From an uncultured virus (IMG/VR IMGVR_UViG_3300045993_000394) (Duplodnaviria; Heunggongvirae; Uroviricota; Caudoviricetes): a stretch of DNA of 63,700 nt. Both the position numbers and the translations under genes were made by a program. This document shows positions 8,170-16,234 of this stretch, piece by piece; position 1 is the stretch's first letter; the number at the start of each line of letters is the position of its first letter. Location: IMG/VR virus record IMGVR_UViG_3300045993_000394; one strand, given 5' to 3'. The notes under the pieces are model-generated. The model saw only the letters and a program-made list of their open reading frames with translations. It was not told where the DNA came from and did no database searches.

Positions 8170-8245
8170 TGGTGGGCCGCCCTAGGGTCGAACTAGGATC
8201 TGACAATTATAAGTTGTCGGCTCTCAGCCGTTGAGCTAGCAGCCC
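8170..8245 (-). tRNA. tRNA-Ile (anticodon UAU)
   Basis: GGGCTGC acceptor, GCTC/GAGC D-stem, GACAA-CTTATAA-TTGTC, CCTAG-TTCGACC-CTAGG, encoded CCA; 76 nt. Confidence 0.92.
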
Positions 8246-8373
8246 ACCGAAGTTTGCCAGGATAACGATCTATCCTGGACTTTTTATTATATGTCTCCTT
8301 TGGCCATCACGGCCTCGGGTGCGAATTTGTGCCTGCGTACAGCGAACATACGCATGTCTTTTTGCTGCGTGAA

Positions 8374-8703
8374 CTATCTTGCTGGGAAGCCGTGCAGGTC
8401 TTCAGCCCACTCGTTGATCATCCACGAGTCAAGCGCCGCCTGATACCGAATCAGATTCTCCTTGTCCAATGCAGGATCATTCAGCTTCGGTGGACGTACG
8501 GGAGGCGCAATGCTTGCTACTGTGCGGTGCCGCACGACGGTCTTTGGTGAGCAAAGCCTGTTGACTGCGATCAGCTTACCGATTTTCCGGTTCCACTGGT
8601 CGCCGTCTGCAGCCCAGGCAAAAGCCATGGCGATAGTCTCGCCACGTTGCTCATAGGCCACAGTAAGCCGGTGCTCTCTCAGGTGCCTGATTTCGATAGT
8701 CAT
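8374..8703 (-). CDS. Hypothetical phage protein
   Basis: GGAG SD; DQWNRKIGKLIAVNRL resembles a common phage D.F.RK.G..IA..RL motif. Confidence 0.7.
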   Translation of the reverse strand: MTIEIRHLREHRLTVAYEQRGETIAMAFAWAADGDQWNRKIGKLIAVNRLCSPKTVVRHRTVASIAPPVRPPKLNDPALDKENLIRYQAALDSWMINEWAEDLHGFPAR

Positions 8704-8724
8704 TTTATTCTCCGTTTATATAAA

Positions 8725-8808
8725 TGCGGCAGGTGGGAGTCGAACCCACAATTGGCTTGCGCCTCAGTTCATTTTGAGTGAACCCGCTCCCCGTTGGCGT
8801 ACTGCCGC
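8725..8808 (-). tRNA. tRNA-Leu (anticodon CAA)
   Basis: GCGGCAG acceptor, GTTCA-CTCAAAA-TGAAC, long variable arm, GTGGG-TTCGACT-CCCAC; CCA not encoded. Confidence 0.88.
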
Positions 8809-9066
8809 GAATTTTACTATTTTCTGTATCTGCGTTCTGAATGAATTACAGAATCATCGTGCTGAATGTCTTGCCCAATTTCACGTGCTGAAATACGCGC
8901 TAGCGTTTTGCGCGTCAATTCAGGATCTGGCAGCGCAATTGGCCACGGCTTATTGCTTGCTGCGCGCAAAGCTTCTCGTCGTGCGCGCTTCAGTTCAGCC
9001 TTGCGCTCGTCCGAGATACTGGGCTCTACTGCAACAACGGCGTTCTGGTCAGGAAGCGTGGCCACT

Positions 9067-9375
9067 TTACGCAGCCCTGCTTGCGCCGTAAGCCGCTGCA
9101 ATCTGCTGCAGTTCGTCTGGCGACAGCGGCTGGCCGTCCACGCGTTCAACAACACAAGCCTGCCCATACTTTAGCGTGTGGTACTTAGCTAGCTTGTTGA
9201 TACACAGGTCAGCTGAGTCTGGGGTGGGATGATTATGTCCACAGTTAGCACCGAATGAAATAGACTTAATAACTCCGGTGTCGGTAAAAAGCAGCGTTCG
9301 AATTGTCGCGTGATACACTTTATCTCCTGGGTTGAACTTCAACCTGTTTTTACAGCAAAGAAGCTGTTCCGTCAA
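9067..9375 (-). CDS. Hypothetical protein with CGHxH motif
   Basis: CGHNHPTPDSADLC; coupled to upstream ORF. Confidence 0.6.
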   Translation of the reverse strand: MTEQLLCCKNRLKFNPGDKVYHATIRTLLFTDTGVIKSISFGANCGHNHPTPDSADLCINKLAKYHTLKYGQACVVERVDGQPLSPDELQQIAAAYGASRAA

Positions 9376-9599
9376 TCATCTAGCCATTCGCCCATTTTAA
9401 GGCTAGCTATGTATTTCTTGGCGTCATCACAATCTCTACCGATTGCTGTCATGTATGTATTCTGTCCGCCAGTAAAGTACGCGTTGCGTGCTGAAGCGTC
9501 GTCGTCTTTACTTTTCGCGTCGCATTCGGTACAAACCCAATAAAAATCAGATTTGAATTTTACTACGTTCACACATCTACGCCATGTGTGCGATTTCAT
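9372..9599 (-). CDS. HC3 family paralog
   Basis: MKSH...CTECD...RDCDDAKKYI...EWLDD. Confidence 0.8.
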   Translation of the reverse strand: MKSHTWRRCVNVVKFKSDFYWVCTECDAKSKDDDASARNAYFTGGQNTYMTAIGRDCDDAKKYIASLKMGEWLDD

Positions 9600-9790
9600 G
9601 GTAGCCATTGCTCCATGACTGTCTTTGCAATTTTCTTCATTGCCTTGTCGCAATCCATGTAGTCTACTTTAATCCACTGTCCATTAGCGGAGACTGTGGC
9701 AGTAGCATACTTTGGATGAATATAAGCGCCACAGGTCTTACAAACAAAGAACACGTATTCTTGTTCGTTGTCTGATGTGTGCGGTTTCAT
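9596..9790 (-). CDS. HC3 family paralog
   Basis: MKPH...CKTCG...MDCDKAMKKI...QWLP. Confidence 0.8.
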   Translation of the reverse strand: MKPHTSDNEQEYVFFVCKTCGAYIHPKYATATVSANGQWIKVDYMDCDKAMKKIAKTVMEQWLP

Positions 9791-10047
9791 GAGTGTATGA
9801 ATTGCCAGCCTTTGATTTCAGGCCCACTGTCGTCAAGAATTTTACGTGCGATGATGTGAGCTATTTCTTTTCTTGCTACGTTACAGTCGCGTGATACGTG
9901 TGCGATTGCTCCGTTTTCTACGTACGACCAATCGCTATTGCGCGTAAATCTAAACGCCTTACAGTCCGAACATACAATCGTTACGAATATGGTTGCATTG
10001 CTTGATGTCTGAAACGTGCCGCGTTCAGTTTCTTTGTGCTTTTTCAT
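9787..10047 (-). CDS. HC3 family paralog
   Basis: MKKH...CSDCK...SRDCNVARKEI. Confidence 0.8.
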   Translation of the reverse strand: MKKHKETERGTFQTSSNATIFVTIVCSDCKAFRFTRNSDWSYVENGAIAHVSRDCNVARKEIAHIIARKILDDSGPEIKGWQFIHS

Positions 10048-10271
10048 GTGTCTAACCATGGTGCTGCTTTTAGTAGGCGGATCTGTTCTTTAGCTTCGTC
10101 GCAATCTTCAGACAAACGATGCCATTCAACATAATCACTCATAATTTTATATTTACAGTTCCTAATGCTAATGCCAAGTTCTTTATTGTTCTTTAAATAA
10201 GACGTCGCGCCGCATGCATCACAAACGTAGCTCATATTCTGTAAACGTCTACTTAATTTATGCTCTTTCAT
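10044..10271 (-). CDS. HC3 family paralog
   Basis: MKEH...CDACG...SEDCDEAKEQI...PWLDT. Confidence 0.8.
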   Translation of the reverse strand: MKEHKLSRRLQNMSYVCDACGATSYLKNNKELGISIRNCKYKIMSDYVEWHRLSEDCDEAKEQIRLLKAAPWLDT

Positions 10272-10492
10272 AGCCAATGCTGCAATCCCATGACGAACAA
10301 GACGTGTCGCATGCTGTCACAGTCAGAAGGCGCTTCGTAGTCTAGCCCCTCGTAATCGAATAAGATTTTCTCTCTATCGAATACGTCATAAGTAAGTCTA
10401 TTCTGCATGTATTTATAAGCTACGCAATTTCTGCACAAATGCGTATGGTGCCCGTCTGGATCGTCGTCTTTATACCATTTATGCTCTTTCAC
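10268..10492 (-). CDS. HC3 family paralog
   Basis: GTG start; KEHKW...CRNC...SDCDS...HWL. Confidence 0.78.
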   Translation of the reverse strand: MKEHKWYKDDDPDGHHTHLCRNCVAYKYMQNRLTYDVFDREKILFDYEGLDYEAPSDCDSMRHVLFVMGLQHWL

Positions 10493-10713
10493 TCTGGTAA
10501 CCAACTATCTGTTGCGACCGTCACTTGATACGCAGTGTTTACGTCTTCACATGTTTCATCTTCATCAACAAGATACGACCCACTATCAGCATCGTACCAC
10601 AGCAAGATAGTTTCGTCTTTTAATGATTCTTGGTACGTTGGACAGTTTTTGCATTGCATTCTACCATATAGGCCATGTGCAATGTCTACAAGATACCATT
10701 TATGCGCGGTCAC
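10489..10713 (-). CDS. HC3 family paralog
   Basis: MTAHKW...CKNC...ETCED...SWLPE. Confidence 0.78.
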   Translation of the reverse strand: MTAHKWYLVDIAHGLYGRMQCKNCPTYQESLKDETILLWYDADSGSYLVDEDETCEDVNTAYQVTVATDSWLPE

Positions 10714-10952
10714 ACAAGCCCCATGATCATTGTTGCTAGCGCTACCTTAATCTGGTCAATAGCTTCGTCGCAATCTTCAGAAGCATGAACGTAAGTGTGT
10801 TGGTTTGGCTCTTTTTCATTCGGTGTAAGTTCATATTTCAGTTCGTCTTGCTTATTTCTGTGTGATGTTGCCTTGCAATTAACGCACTTAAAAAATCCAT
10901 AGTCGTACTCACCTTCCCATCTGGCTATGTAAACAATGTTGTGCTTTGTCAT
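10710..10952 (-). CDS. HC3 family paralog
   Basis: MTKH...CVNCK...SEDCDEAIDQI. Confidence 0.8.
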   Translation of the reverse strand: MTKHNIVYIARWEGEYDYGFFKCVNCKATSHRNKQDELKYELTPNEKEPNQHTYVHASEDCDEAIDQIKVALATMIMGLV

Positions 10953-11349
10953 TTATTGCCATGCTGGTTGGATCGAAAGTCATTATACAACAAGGATAAT
11001 AATCGTTTGTGTTTTCTGTGCCGACTGTGAACACGACTTTATGTGTTTTGATGTCTGTGCCAACCAGTAAATCGTTTTCTTGGTCTCCATCACTCTCATT
11101 GTGCGACAAGCGTACTTCACACGCTTGAAAAAGATTATTGCACATGTACGCTTCTACTTCTTCAATCTCACTACACGTAGACCTATATCCATCATCTGAG
11201 TTTTCTTTTGCTAGGTAGCCTACTCCATCAAGCACAAACACCATCGTGTTGATGATGTCGCCATGTTCGTCTGTCTTACCGCTGAATGAAACTCCGTATA
11301 ACTTGCATGTATTTTCGTGATTTTCAATCAACTGTTTGATCGTTGTCAT
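10909..11349 (-). CDS. Acidic hypothetical phage protein
   Basis: ENSDDGYRS and GTENTNDYYP motifs. Confidence 0.7.
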   Translation of the reverse strand: MTTIKQLIENHENTCKLYGVSFSGKTDEHGDIINTMVFVLDGVGYLAKENSDDGYRSTCSEIEEVEAYMCNNLFQACEVRLSHNESDGDQENDLLVGTDIKTHKVVFTVGTENTNDYYPCCIMTFDPTSMAINDKAQHCLHSQMGR

Positions 11350-11564
11350 TTTATCAGCCAATCAGTTTTCTTGTATGTCTCAATTTCTTTTATTGCTGCA
11401 TCGCAATCATCGTCTATCGTGACCCACTCGCCATCTTCGTCGTAGTATTTCCATCGAGTAGCCCACTCACCGTTAGTAAGACGATACTGCTTCGCGTCGC
11501 AACGCACACACCGTCTATGCACGTGGTAGTTTGTTTTGCTCTCAAATTCGTGTTCGCGCATCAC
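11346..11564 (-). CDS. HC3 family paralog
   Basis: MREH...CVRCD...DDDCDAAIKEI...DWLIK. Confidence 0.8.
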   Translation of the reverse strand: MMREHEFESKTNYHVHRRCVRCDAKQYRLTNGEWATRWKYYDEDGEWVTIDDDCDAAIKEIETYKKTDWLIK

Positions 11565-11803
11565 AGCCACCCAGCGGCTTTAAGTACGCGTATCTCTTCT
11601 TGTGCTTCTTCACAGTCGTCGCTTACCCAGACTTGTTCAGCAAAGTGTGCAATTGAACTGTGTGGAACGATTTTACTGTACGACCACTTACTTGCAAATC
11701 TCTTGTATTGAGCGCCGCATGCCGTGCACGTCCGACTGAGTGTAGCTAGAAAGTTTGTTTCGTTATTCTTAAATCTATCTGTGTATGCAGAGTTATGGTT
11801 CAT
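11561..11803 (-). CDS. HC3 family paralog
   Basis: MNH...CTACG...SDDCEEAQEEI...GWL. Confidence 0.8.
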   Translation of the reverse strand: MNHNSAYTDRFKNNETNFLATLSRTCTACGAQYKRFASKWSYSKIVPHSSIAHFAEQVWVSDDCEEAQEEIRVLKAAGWL

Positions 11804-12020
11804 GTGGTAGCCAATCTTCAGTGGCTTGTAGTACCTTTATTTGTTCTTTGGCTTCGTCGCAGTCGTTGCTTATTTCTCTACATTCAGGCTCAAGCACTAT
11901 GTTGCCATACCACCAAATGTTACTTGATGGCATCGTGGTCGTAGCGCCGCAATTTATGCACTGGAACCAGTTTAGTACCAGTTCCTTTATCTCTCTTATG
12001 CTTGCTTTATGTGCGGTCAC
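11793..12020 (-). CDS. HC3 family paralog
   Basis: MTAH...CINCG...SNDCDEAKEQI...DWLP. Confidence 0.8.
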   Translation of the reverse strand: MTAHKASIREIKELVLNWFQCINCGATTTMPSSNIWWYGNIVLEPECREISNDCDEAKEQIKVLQATEDWLPHEP

Positions 12021-12300
12021 TGTTGAACCACTTGTCCATGAATTGTTTGTAGTACGGTGATTTCTTGTCGTTGTGCTTACTTTTCAGCATGCTCTCGTCG
12101 ACTAAAACTTTGTCGCAGTACACAACGTGCCCAAAGTAGTCGCCATCGTTGTAAAAGTACAGACGTAACGTACCAGTGTGCGTTTGACTCAACGCGTCAA
12201 TCTTATCCCATGCCGGTATGTATTCTGTGTCAAAACAGTCTATTGTTATATTGTCTTCGTCTGAAACTACCAATTTATTCTTGTATATCGGTTTCAGCAT
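12007..12300 (-). CDS. Hypothetical protein
   Basis: GGAGG SD before ATG at 12300. Confidence 0.65.
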   Translation of the reverse strand: MLKPIYKNKLVVSDEDNITIDCFDTEYIPAWDKIDALSQTHTGTLRLYFYNDGDYFGHVVYCDKVLVDESMLKSKHNDKKSPYYKQFMDKWFNSDRT

Positions 12301-12315
12301 GATGCCTCCGACTGC

Positions 12316-12416
12316 GCCGGGGTGGTCGCAACGTCCCAATAATATCTAGCTGGGATCTCCTCACGCGACCTGGGCGTTAATAACGATTCGTGCGCGCATA
12401 GTGCGACCACCCCGGC
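12316..12416 (-). ncRNA. Candidate structured non-coding RNA (15 bp closing stem, internal hairpins)
   Basis: gccggggtggtcgca 12316-12330 pairs perfectly with 12402-12416; internal tccca/tggga, cacg/cgtg and cgtta/taacg stems. Confidence 0.45.
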
Positions 12417-12515
12417 ACCCGCTTAAATTAAAAGGCTAGTTGTCTTACGGTTCCTTCCCGCGTCAATGACGTCATCTGTAGCATTACGGGTTAACGTAAG
12501 CCAATTTCGCCTTTC

Positions 12516-12728
12516 TTATTGCTTCTCTAACCACTTAGTTGCTTCTAATACTTTTATATACTCTTGCGTTTGTTCACAGTCGTCGTCGAAGTGGTCGGTG
12601 CTATCTCGACCCGGCAACAACTTCCACCAATCTTTTTGTACCGAGTTTTTATAAGCGAATGCTCCACAAACTGTGCATTTAACTAAGTGATCATTTTCCT
12701 GTGAGACTATCTTTGTGTGTGGCTTCAC
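12516..12728 (-). CDS. HC3 family paralog
   Basis: GTG start; KPH...CTVCG...DDDCEQTQEYI...KWLEK. Confidence 0.8.
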   Translation of the reverse strand: MKPHTKIVSQENDHLVKCTVCGAFAYKNSVQKDWWKLLPGRDSTDHFDDDCEQTQEYIKVLEATKWLEKQ

Positions 12729-13000
12729 GAATCTATCCATGCAAGTTTTGCCATCACTTTGAATTCTTCTATCTGCTTCACAGCCTCTTTGCACGTATCA
12801 CTAACTTTCATACGACGACCGTTTTCGGTAGTGTATACCCAGGCAGGTTGCGTGTTCCACGGGTCCAGTTTACCCGATGGATCGTCAGGCTCTATGTAGT
12901 CTGGAATGAACGTAGCTAAACACACTATGCACATTCTTCTTTTGTTCTTCTTGTGACTCTTGAAGTGCTTAGCTGTGCCGTGTTTGTGGCATCTGCACAT
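12725..13000 (-). CDS. HC3 family paralog
   Basis: KH...CIVC...SDTCKEAVKQI...AWIDS. Confidence 0.75.
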   Translation of the reverse strand: MCRCHKHGTAKHFKSHKKNKRRMCIVCLATFIPDYIEPDDPSGKLDPWNTQPAWVYTTENGRRMKVSDTCKEAVKQIEEFKVMAKLAWIDS

Positions 13001-13010
13001 TTTATGTCCT

Positions 13011-13331
13011 TTACAGTTTCATCTTTTCAAATGTGCCGTCGCTTTTGGAGTACCAGACGCACTTGATTCCGTTCTCACGCAGGTACTCTTCACACTTAGG
13101 ACAGGGCTTGCTCGCAACGATGTTGCCTGCACGAGTAATTCGGAAATTGAGAACCCTGAGTCCTTTCCTGTCTTGAGGCCAGATTTTCTCAAGAGCGTCA
13201 ACCTCTGCATGCACCCAGCCGTGATTGTGTCCAGTTGCAACTGGCTTTCCTGCTTTGAGAATGATGGTAGCATGCAATGCGTATACGTGCTGTGCTTTAG
13301 TTAGTGCAATACGGCGGGCGAGCCCGACCAT
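13011..13331 (-). CDS. Cytidine/deoxycytidylate deaminase-fold zinc protein
   Basis: HAE motif (VHAEVDAL) and SKPCPKC; GAGG SD. Confidence 0.85.
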   Translation of the reverse strand: MVGLARRIALTKAQHVYALHATIILKAGKPVATGHNHGWVHAEVDALEKIWPQDRKGLRVLNFRITRAGNIVASKPCPKCEEYLRENGIKCVWYSKSDGTFEKMKL

Positions 13332-13454
13332 GAATCACCTCATAGCACAAGTTTATTGTGTACGTCTGGCTTGTGTTAGCGGTGACTGATGGAAGTTTTG
13401 TTTCTAATTGTAGTGTCATGGGATTCTCCTGTGGGTTGGCTAAAATAAACCGTC

Positions 13455-13541
13455 TTAAGCCTGCTCGCAAGCCTCTCACACTTGCGAGCAAGGTTAAACC
13501 GGTCTAGTAGGTAGCCCCTGGCTGGTGAAAGCCCAGGGGCG
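13455..13541. terminator. Two tandem hairpins after the Ala/Lys-rich gene
   Basis: tgctcgcaag...cttgcgagca and gcccctgg...ccaggggc. Confidence 0.45.
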
Positions 13542-13564
13542 ACCGTAGTTTCAATACTTAAAGC

Positions 13565-14182
13565 TTACAGCACCTTGGACGCGACCGGTGCTCCACGGAG
13601 CAGCACGTCCATGGCGGCGATGGCAGCGGCCTCCTCAGCCGACTGATCGTCTTCCTGCTTCAGAACTTCCTCCGTGACTGCGCTCGACTCCACCTGCTCC
13701 ACCGGAGCGGCAACCGTCTCCTCAACTGCAGCAACGGTCTGCTCCGCCGCCTTCTCCGCCTCTGCCTTGGTTGCCTCGACCGACGCGGCAGCAGCGGCCT
13801 TCAGCTTCTCCGTCACCGCTGCCTTGGCCTCCGAGATCTTCTTCATGATCTCGTCCTTGTTGGCGACGGTCTTCTTCGCCTTCGGCACCTTGACGACCGT
13901 CGTAGCCGCAGCCGACTTCGCGGTCTTCGGCTTTCCCTTCTTGCAGTCCGCGCAGGACCGCTTCTGGAAGAGGTCGCCTGGGTGTACCTCAACGGGCTTA
14001 CCGCACTTGCAGTTGAACTCGCCCAGGATCATCTTGCCTTCGTCGTTCACCGTCAAGACGGTGAAGTCGGGGATAACGCCGAAGTTCGGGTGCGGGTCCC
14101 AGCCAAGACCGGACGGCGAGATGGTCTGGCCAACGGTGAGCTTCTGGCCCTTGAGCAGTTCGGACGGCTTCTGGTAGGTCAT
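13565..14182 (-). CDS. Protein with CxC..CxxC zinc ribbon and Ala/Lys/Glu-rich tail
   Basis: AGGAG SD; CKCG...CADC; strongly GC3-biased codons. Confidence 0.8.
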   Translation of the reverse strand: MTYQKPSELLKGQKLTVGQTISPSGLGWDPHPNFGVIPDFTVLTVNDEGKMILGEFNCKCGKPVEVHPGDLFQKRSCADCKKGKPKTAKSAAATTVVKVPKAKKTVANKDEIMKKISEAKAAVTEKLKAAAAASVEATKAEAEKAAEQTVAAVEETVAAPVEQVESSAVTEEVLKQEDDQSAEEAAAIAAMDVLLRGAPVASKVL

Positions 14183-14230
14183 TTGTTACTCCTGTTATAT
14201 GATTGCGGTTTGAATGCTGAATTCGTGTCG

Positions 14231-14440
14231 CTATTTAATACGATTGATCGCTTTGTTGATGGATGCTGTGGTGTCCGCGATCTTGATTTTCAAAATCATA
14301 TTCATGGCACGTAGTAGCTGCACTTCAGGTCCTGCAGTGGTAAGTGCTTCACCAAGACTGTCCGTGAATCGTTCTAGGTCATACAGTGAATAAATCGCTT
14401 TAATGAGCAGGTCTTTTACTTCTTCTTCGTTTTCTGTCAT
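14231..14440 (-). CDS. Hypothetical helical protein
   Basis: ORF in co-oriented run. Confidence 0.55.
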   Translation of the reverse strand: MTENEEEVKDLLIKAIYSLYDLERFTDSLGEALTTAGPEVQLLRAMNMILKIKIADTTASINKAINRIK

Positions 14441-14448
14441 TTGTCATC

Positions 14449-14868
14449 TCAGATGACAGTTCCCGATGACGTGATTTGGCACAATACTTCTTGCAGCCTA
14501 TTGTACTTGCTGCTTAGTTCGTGGTATCGGCTCGCATCTCGATTGTCAATTGCCTCCTTCCATGCCTTGCGTACTTCGCTCATGGTCGTAGAAATACCCA
14601 ACAGTTTACGCTTGTCTCTTGCTGTCTTCACATCATGGCAAACCTTGGCAATAGCGTTCATCCACTGTCTCAAGTTTGTCATATCGTACAACATGATCTC
14701 AATGTCGTTGCGCATCGAGTAGGTAACGATGCCGTTCGATTTTAGTACATTTACAACACTGTCTATACTGATAGTGCCAGCTTCAAACTCACGAACAACG
14801 GTGTCTACAACGCTCGGCGGAATTACCCGAGTGTGCTTATTTGTAATGGTTTTCTTCTGTGGGTTCAT
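14449..14868 (-). CDS. Hypothetical protein
   Basis: ORF in co-oriented run. Confidence 0.65.
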   Translation of the reverse strand: MNPQKKTITNKHTRVIPPSVVDTVVREFEAGTISIDSVVNVLKSNGIVTYSMRNDIEIMLYDMTNLRQWMNAIAKVCHDVKTARDKRKLLGISTTMSEVRKAWKEAIDNRDASRYHELSSKYNRLQEVLCQITSSGTVI

Positions 14869-14992
14869 TAAGAACGAACGCGTGTAAAGAGCATCTTTAC
14901 GTACATGAGTAGCATACTAACTACGGGGAGCGACTGAAGGAAGGCTTGGATCTCGTCAATGCAGATATGCGGCATGTTACCCTCGTGTAAAG

Positions 14993-15072
14993 CGCCCTGG
15001 ACAGGATTCGAACCTGTATTTGCAGCTCCATTTACGGGTGAGCGGGTAGAAGCCGCCTCCGGCTACCAGGGC
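14993..15072 (-). tRNA. Atypical tRNA-like RNA, apparent anticodon UCU (Arg), no canonical D-arm, 23 nt variable region
   Basis: GCCCTGG/CCAGGGC acceptor; ACAGG-TTCGAAT-CCTGT; GGCGG-CTTCTAC-CCGCT; only TAGCCGGA between acceptor and anticodon stem. Confidence 0.65.
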
Positions 15073-15079
15073 ATTCTGT

Positions 15080-16234
15080 TTACTCTTCGCGGATCCTCAA
15101 ACCAACCGGGAATCGTGGGATCCCGTAGTTCGACAGCGACTGAAAACGCACCGTGAGATACTTGCCGATGTAAAGTTCTGGCTTCTCCAGATACTTCTTG
15201 AGATTTTCCAGAGCGCCCTCCATCTTGCAGTTGAAAATGTCGCCGTTTGCTGCCTTGCAGACAAAAATAGCACAGTCTGCCATCTTGCCGCGACCCTTCT
15301 CAACGCCGACGATCAAGAACTCAGCGTCCTGCATCTTCTTCATCTTTTGCAGGTTCACGCTTCGCTTGAATTCGTACTTGGCTTGCATGTTCCTGATCAT
15401 CGCGCCTTCATAACCCTGCGCGATGAACATGTCCCTTGCTGCAACAGCCATTGCTTCACTTCCAACTTCAATCGTTGCTACGATCTGAATCGTCGCGTTG
15501 TCGTAAGCTCCTGGCATGTTGATGACGCCACGATGATGCAAAAGGCCGTCAAGCAAGACTCTGCGTTCTTGGTTCTTCAGATTGGCGTCTGCAACGTCGT
15601 AGATCCAATACTGTACCACTTCATGTCCAGGCTTCGGTTCGTCGCTCCTGATGAACGACTGAAGCTCTTCGAACTTGTTTCTGTAGTCGTAATTGAACAA
15701 CTCGCCATCGAAGATGATGGGCATTTTAACTTTACCAGCGTGCAGCATCTTTTCGATAGCAACAATCACGTGAGGAACCGAATTGATCGGTTTCCTGGTT
15801 CTAGTCCACAGCGTGATGTCTGAGTTACTGTTACAGACCGCAATGCACCGGTTGCCGTCCAACTTCGGTTGGACAAGCGCTGGATAGGAGATTTTATCAG
15901 ACTGCTCTTCAAAGACGTGCGCCAGCATCGGGTTGACGCCACCTTCAATAACGTCGGCAACAATACCAGCTTTAGCGTCGATGATTGACTCGACATATCC
16001 TTTCTTGGTCTTCTTGACCCAAGTGGCTTCTGCTTCAGCAAGCGCCTGCGTCTCAGACGTTGTTGCGTTGCGCTTGCCTAGCGCCTTGCCAACTTCGATG
16101 ACCACATGCGCAGTTTGGTGTTTGCCGCCAACCAGACCGTACGTGGTGATGATTTCGCTGCCTTCAACCGAGATCATCCAATCTTGAATCGCTCCGGTTG
16201 AATTCTTCTTGTACAACCAAGGCCAAGTTTTCAT
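15080..16234 (-). CDS. lig: ATP-dependent DNA ligase
   Basis: Motif I QPKLDGNR, III FDGEL, IIIa IYDV, IV YEGAMIR, V LQKMK, OB domain ending PRFP. Confidence 0.95.
   Translation of the reverse strand: MKTWPWLYKKNSTGAIQDWMISVEGSEIITTYGLVGGKHQTAHVVIEVGKALGKRNATTSETQALAEAEATWVKKTKKGYVESIIDAKAGIVADVIEGGVNPMLAHVFEEQSDKISYPALVQPKLDGNRCIAVCNSNSDITLWTRTRKPINSVPHVIVAIEKMLHAGKVKMPIIFDGELFNYDYRNKFEELQSFIRSDEPKPGHEVVQYWIYDVADANLKNQERRVLLDGLLHHRGVINMPGAYDNATIQIVATIEVGSEAMAVAARDMFIAQGYEGAMIRNMQAKYEFKRSVNLQKMKKMQDAEFLIVGVEKGRGKMADCAIFVCKAANGDIFNCKMEGALENLKKYLEKPELYIGKYLTVRFQSLSNYGIPRFPVGLRIREE

Noticed and set aside
14993..15072. Amber suppressor (CUA) tRNA and TAG recoding
   Set aside because: The stem centres the loop on TCT, not CTA, and known genes end normally at TAG with no sign of fragmentation
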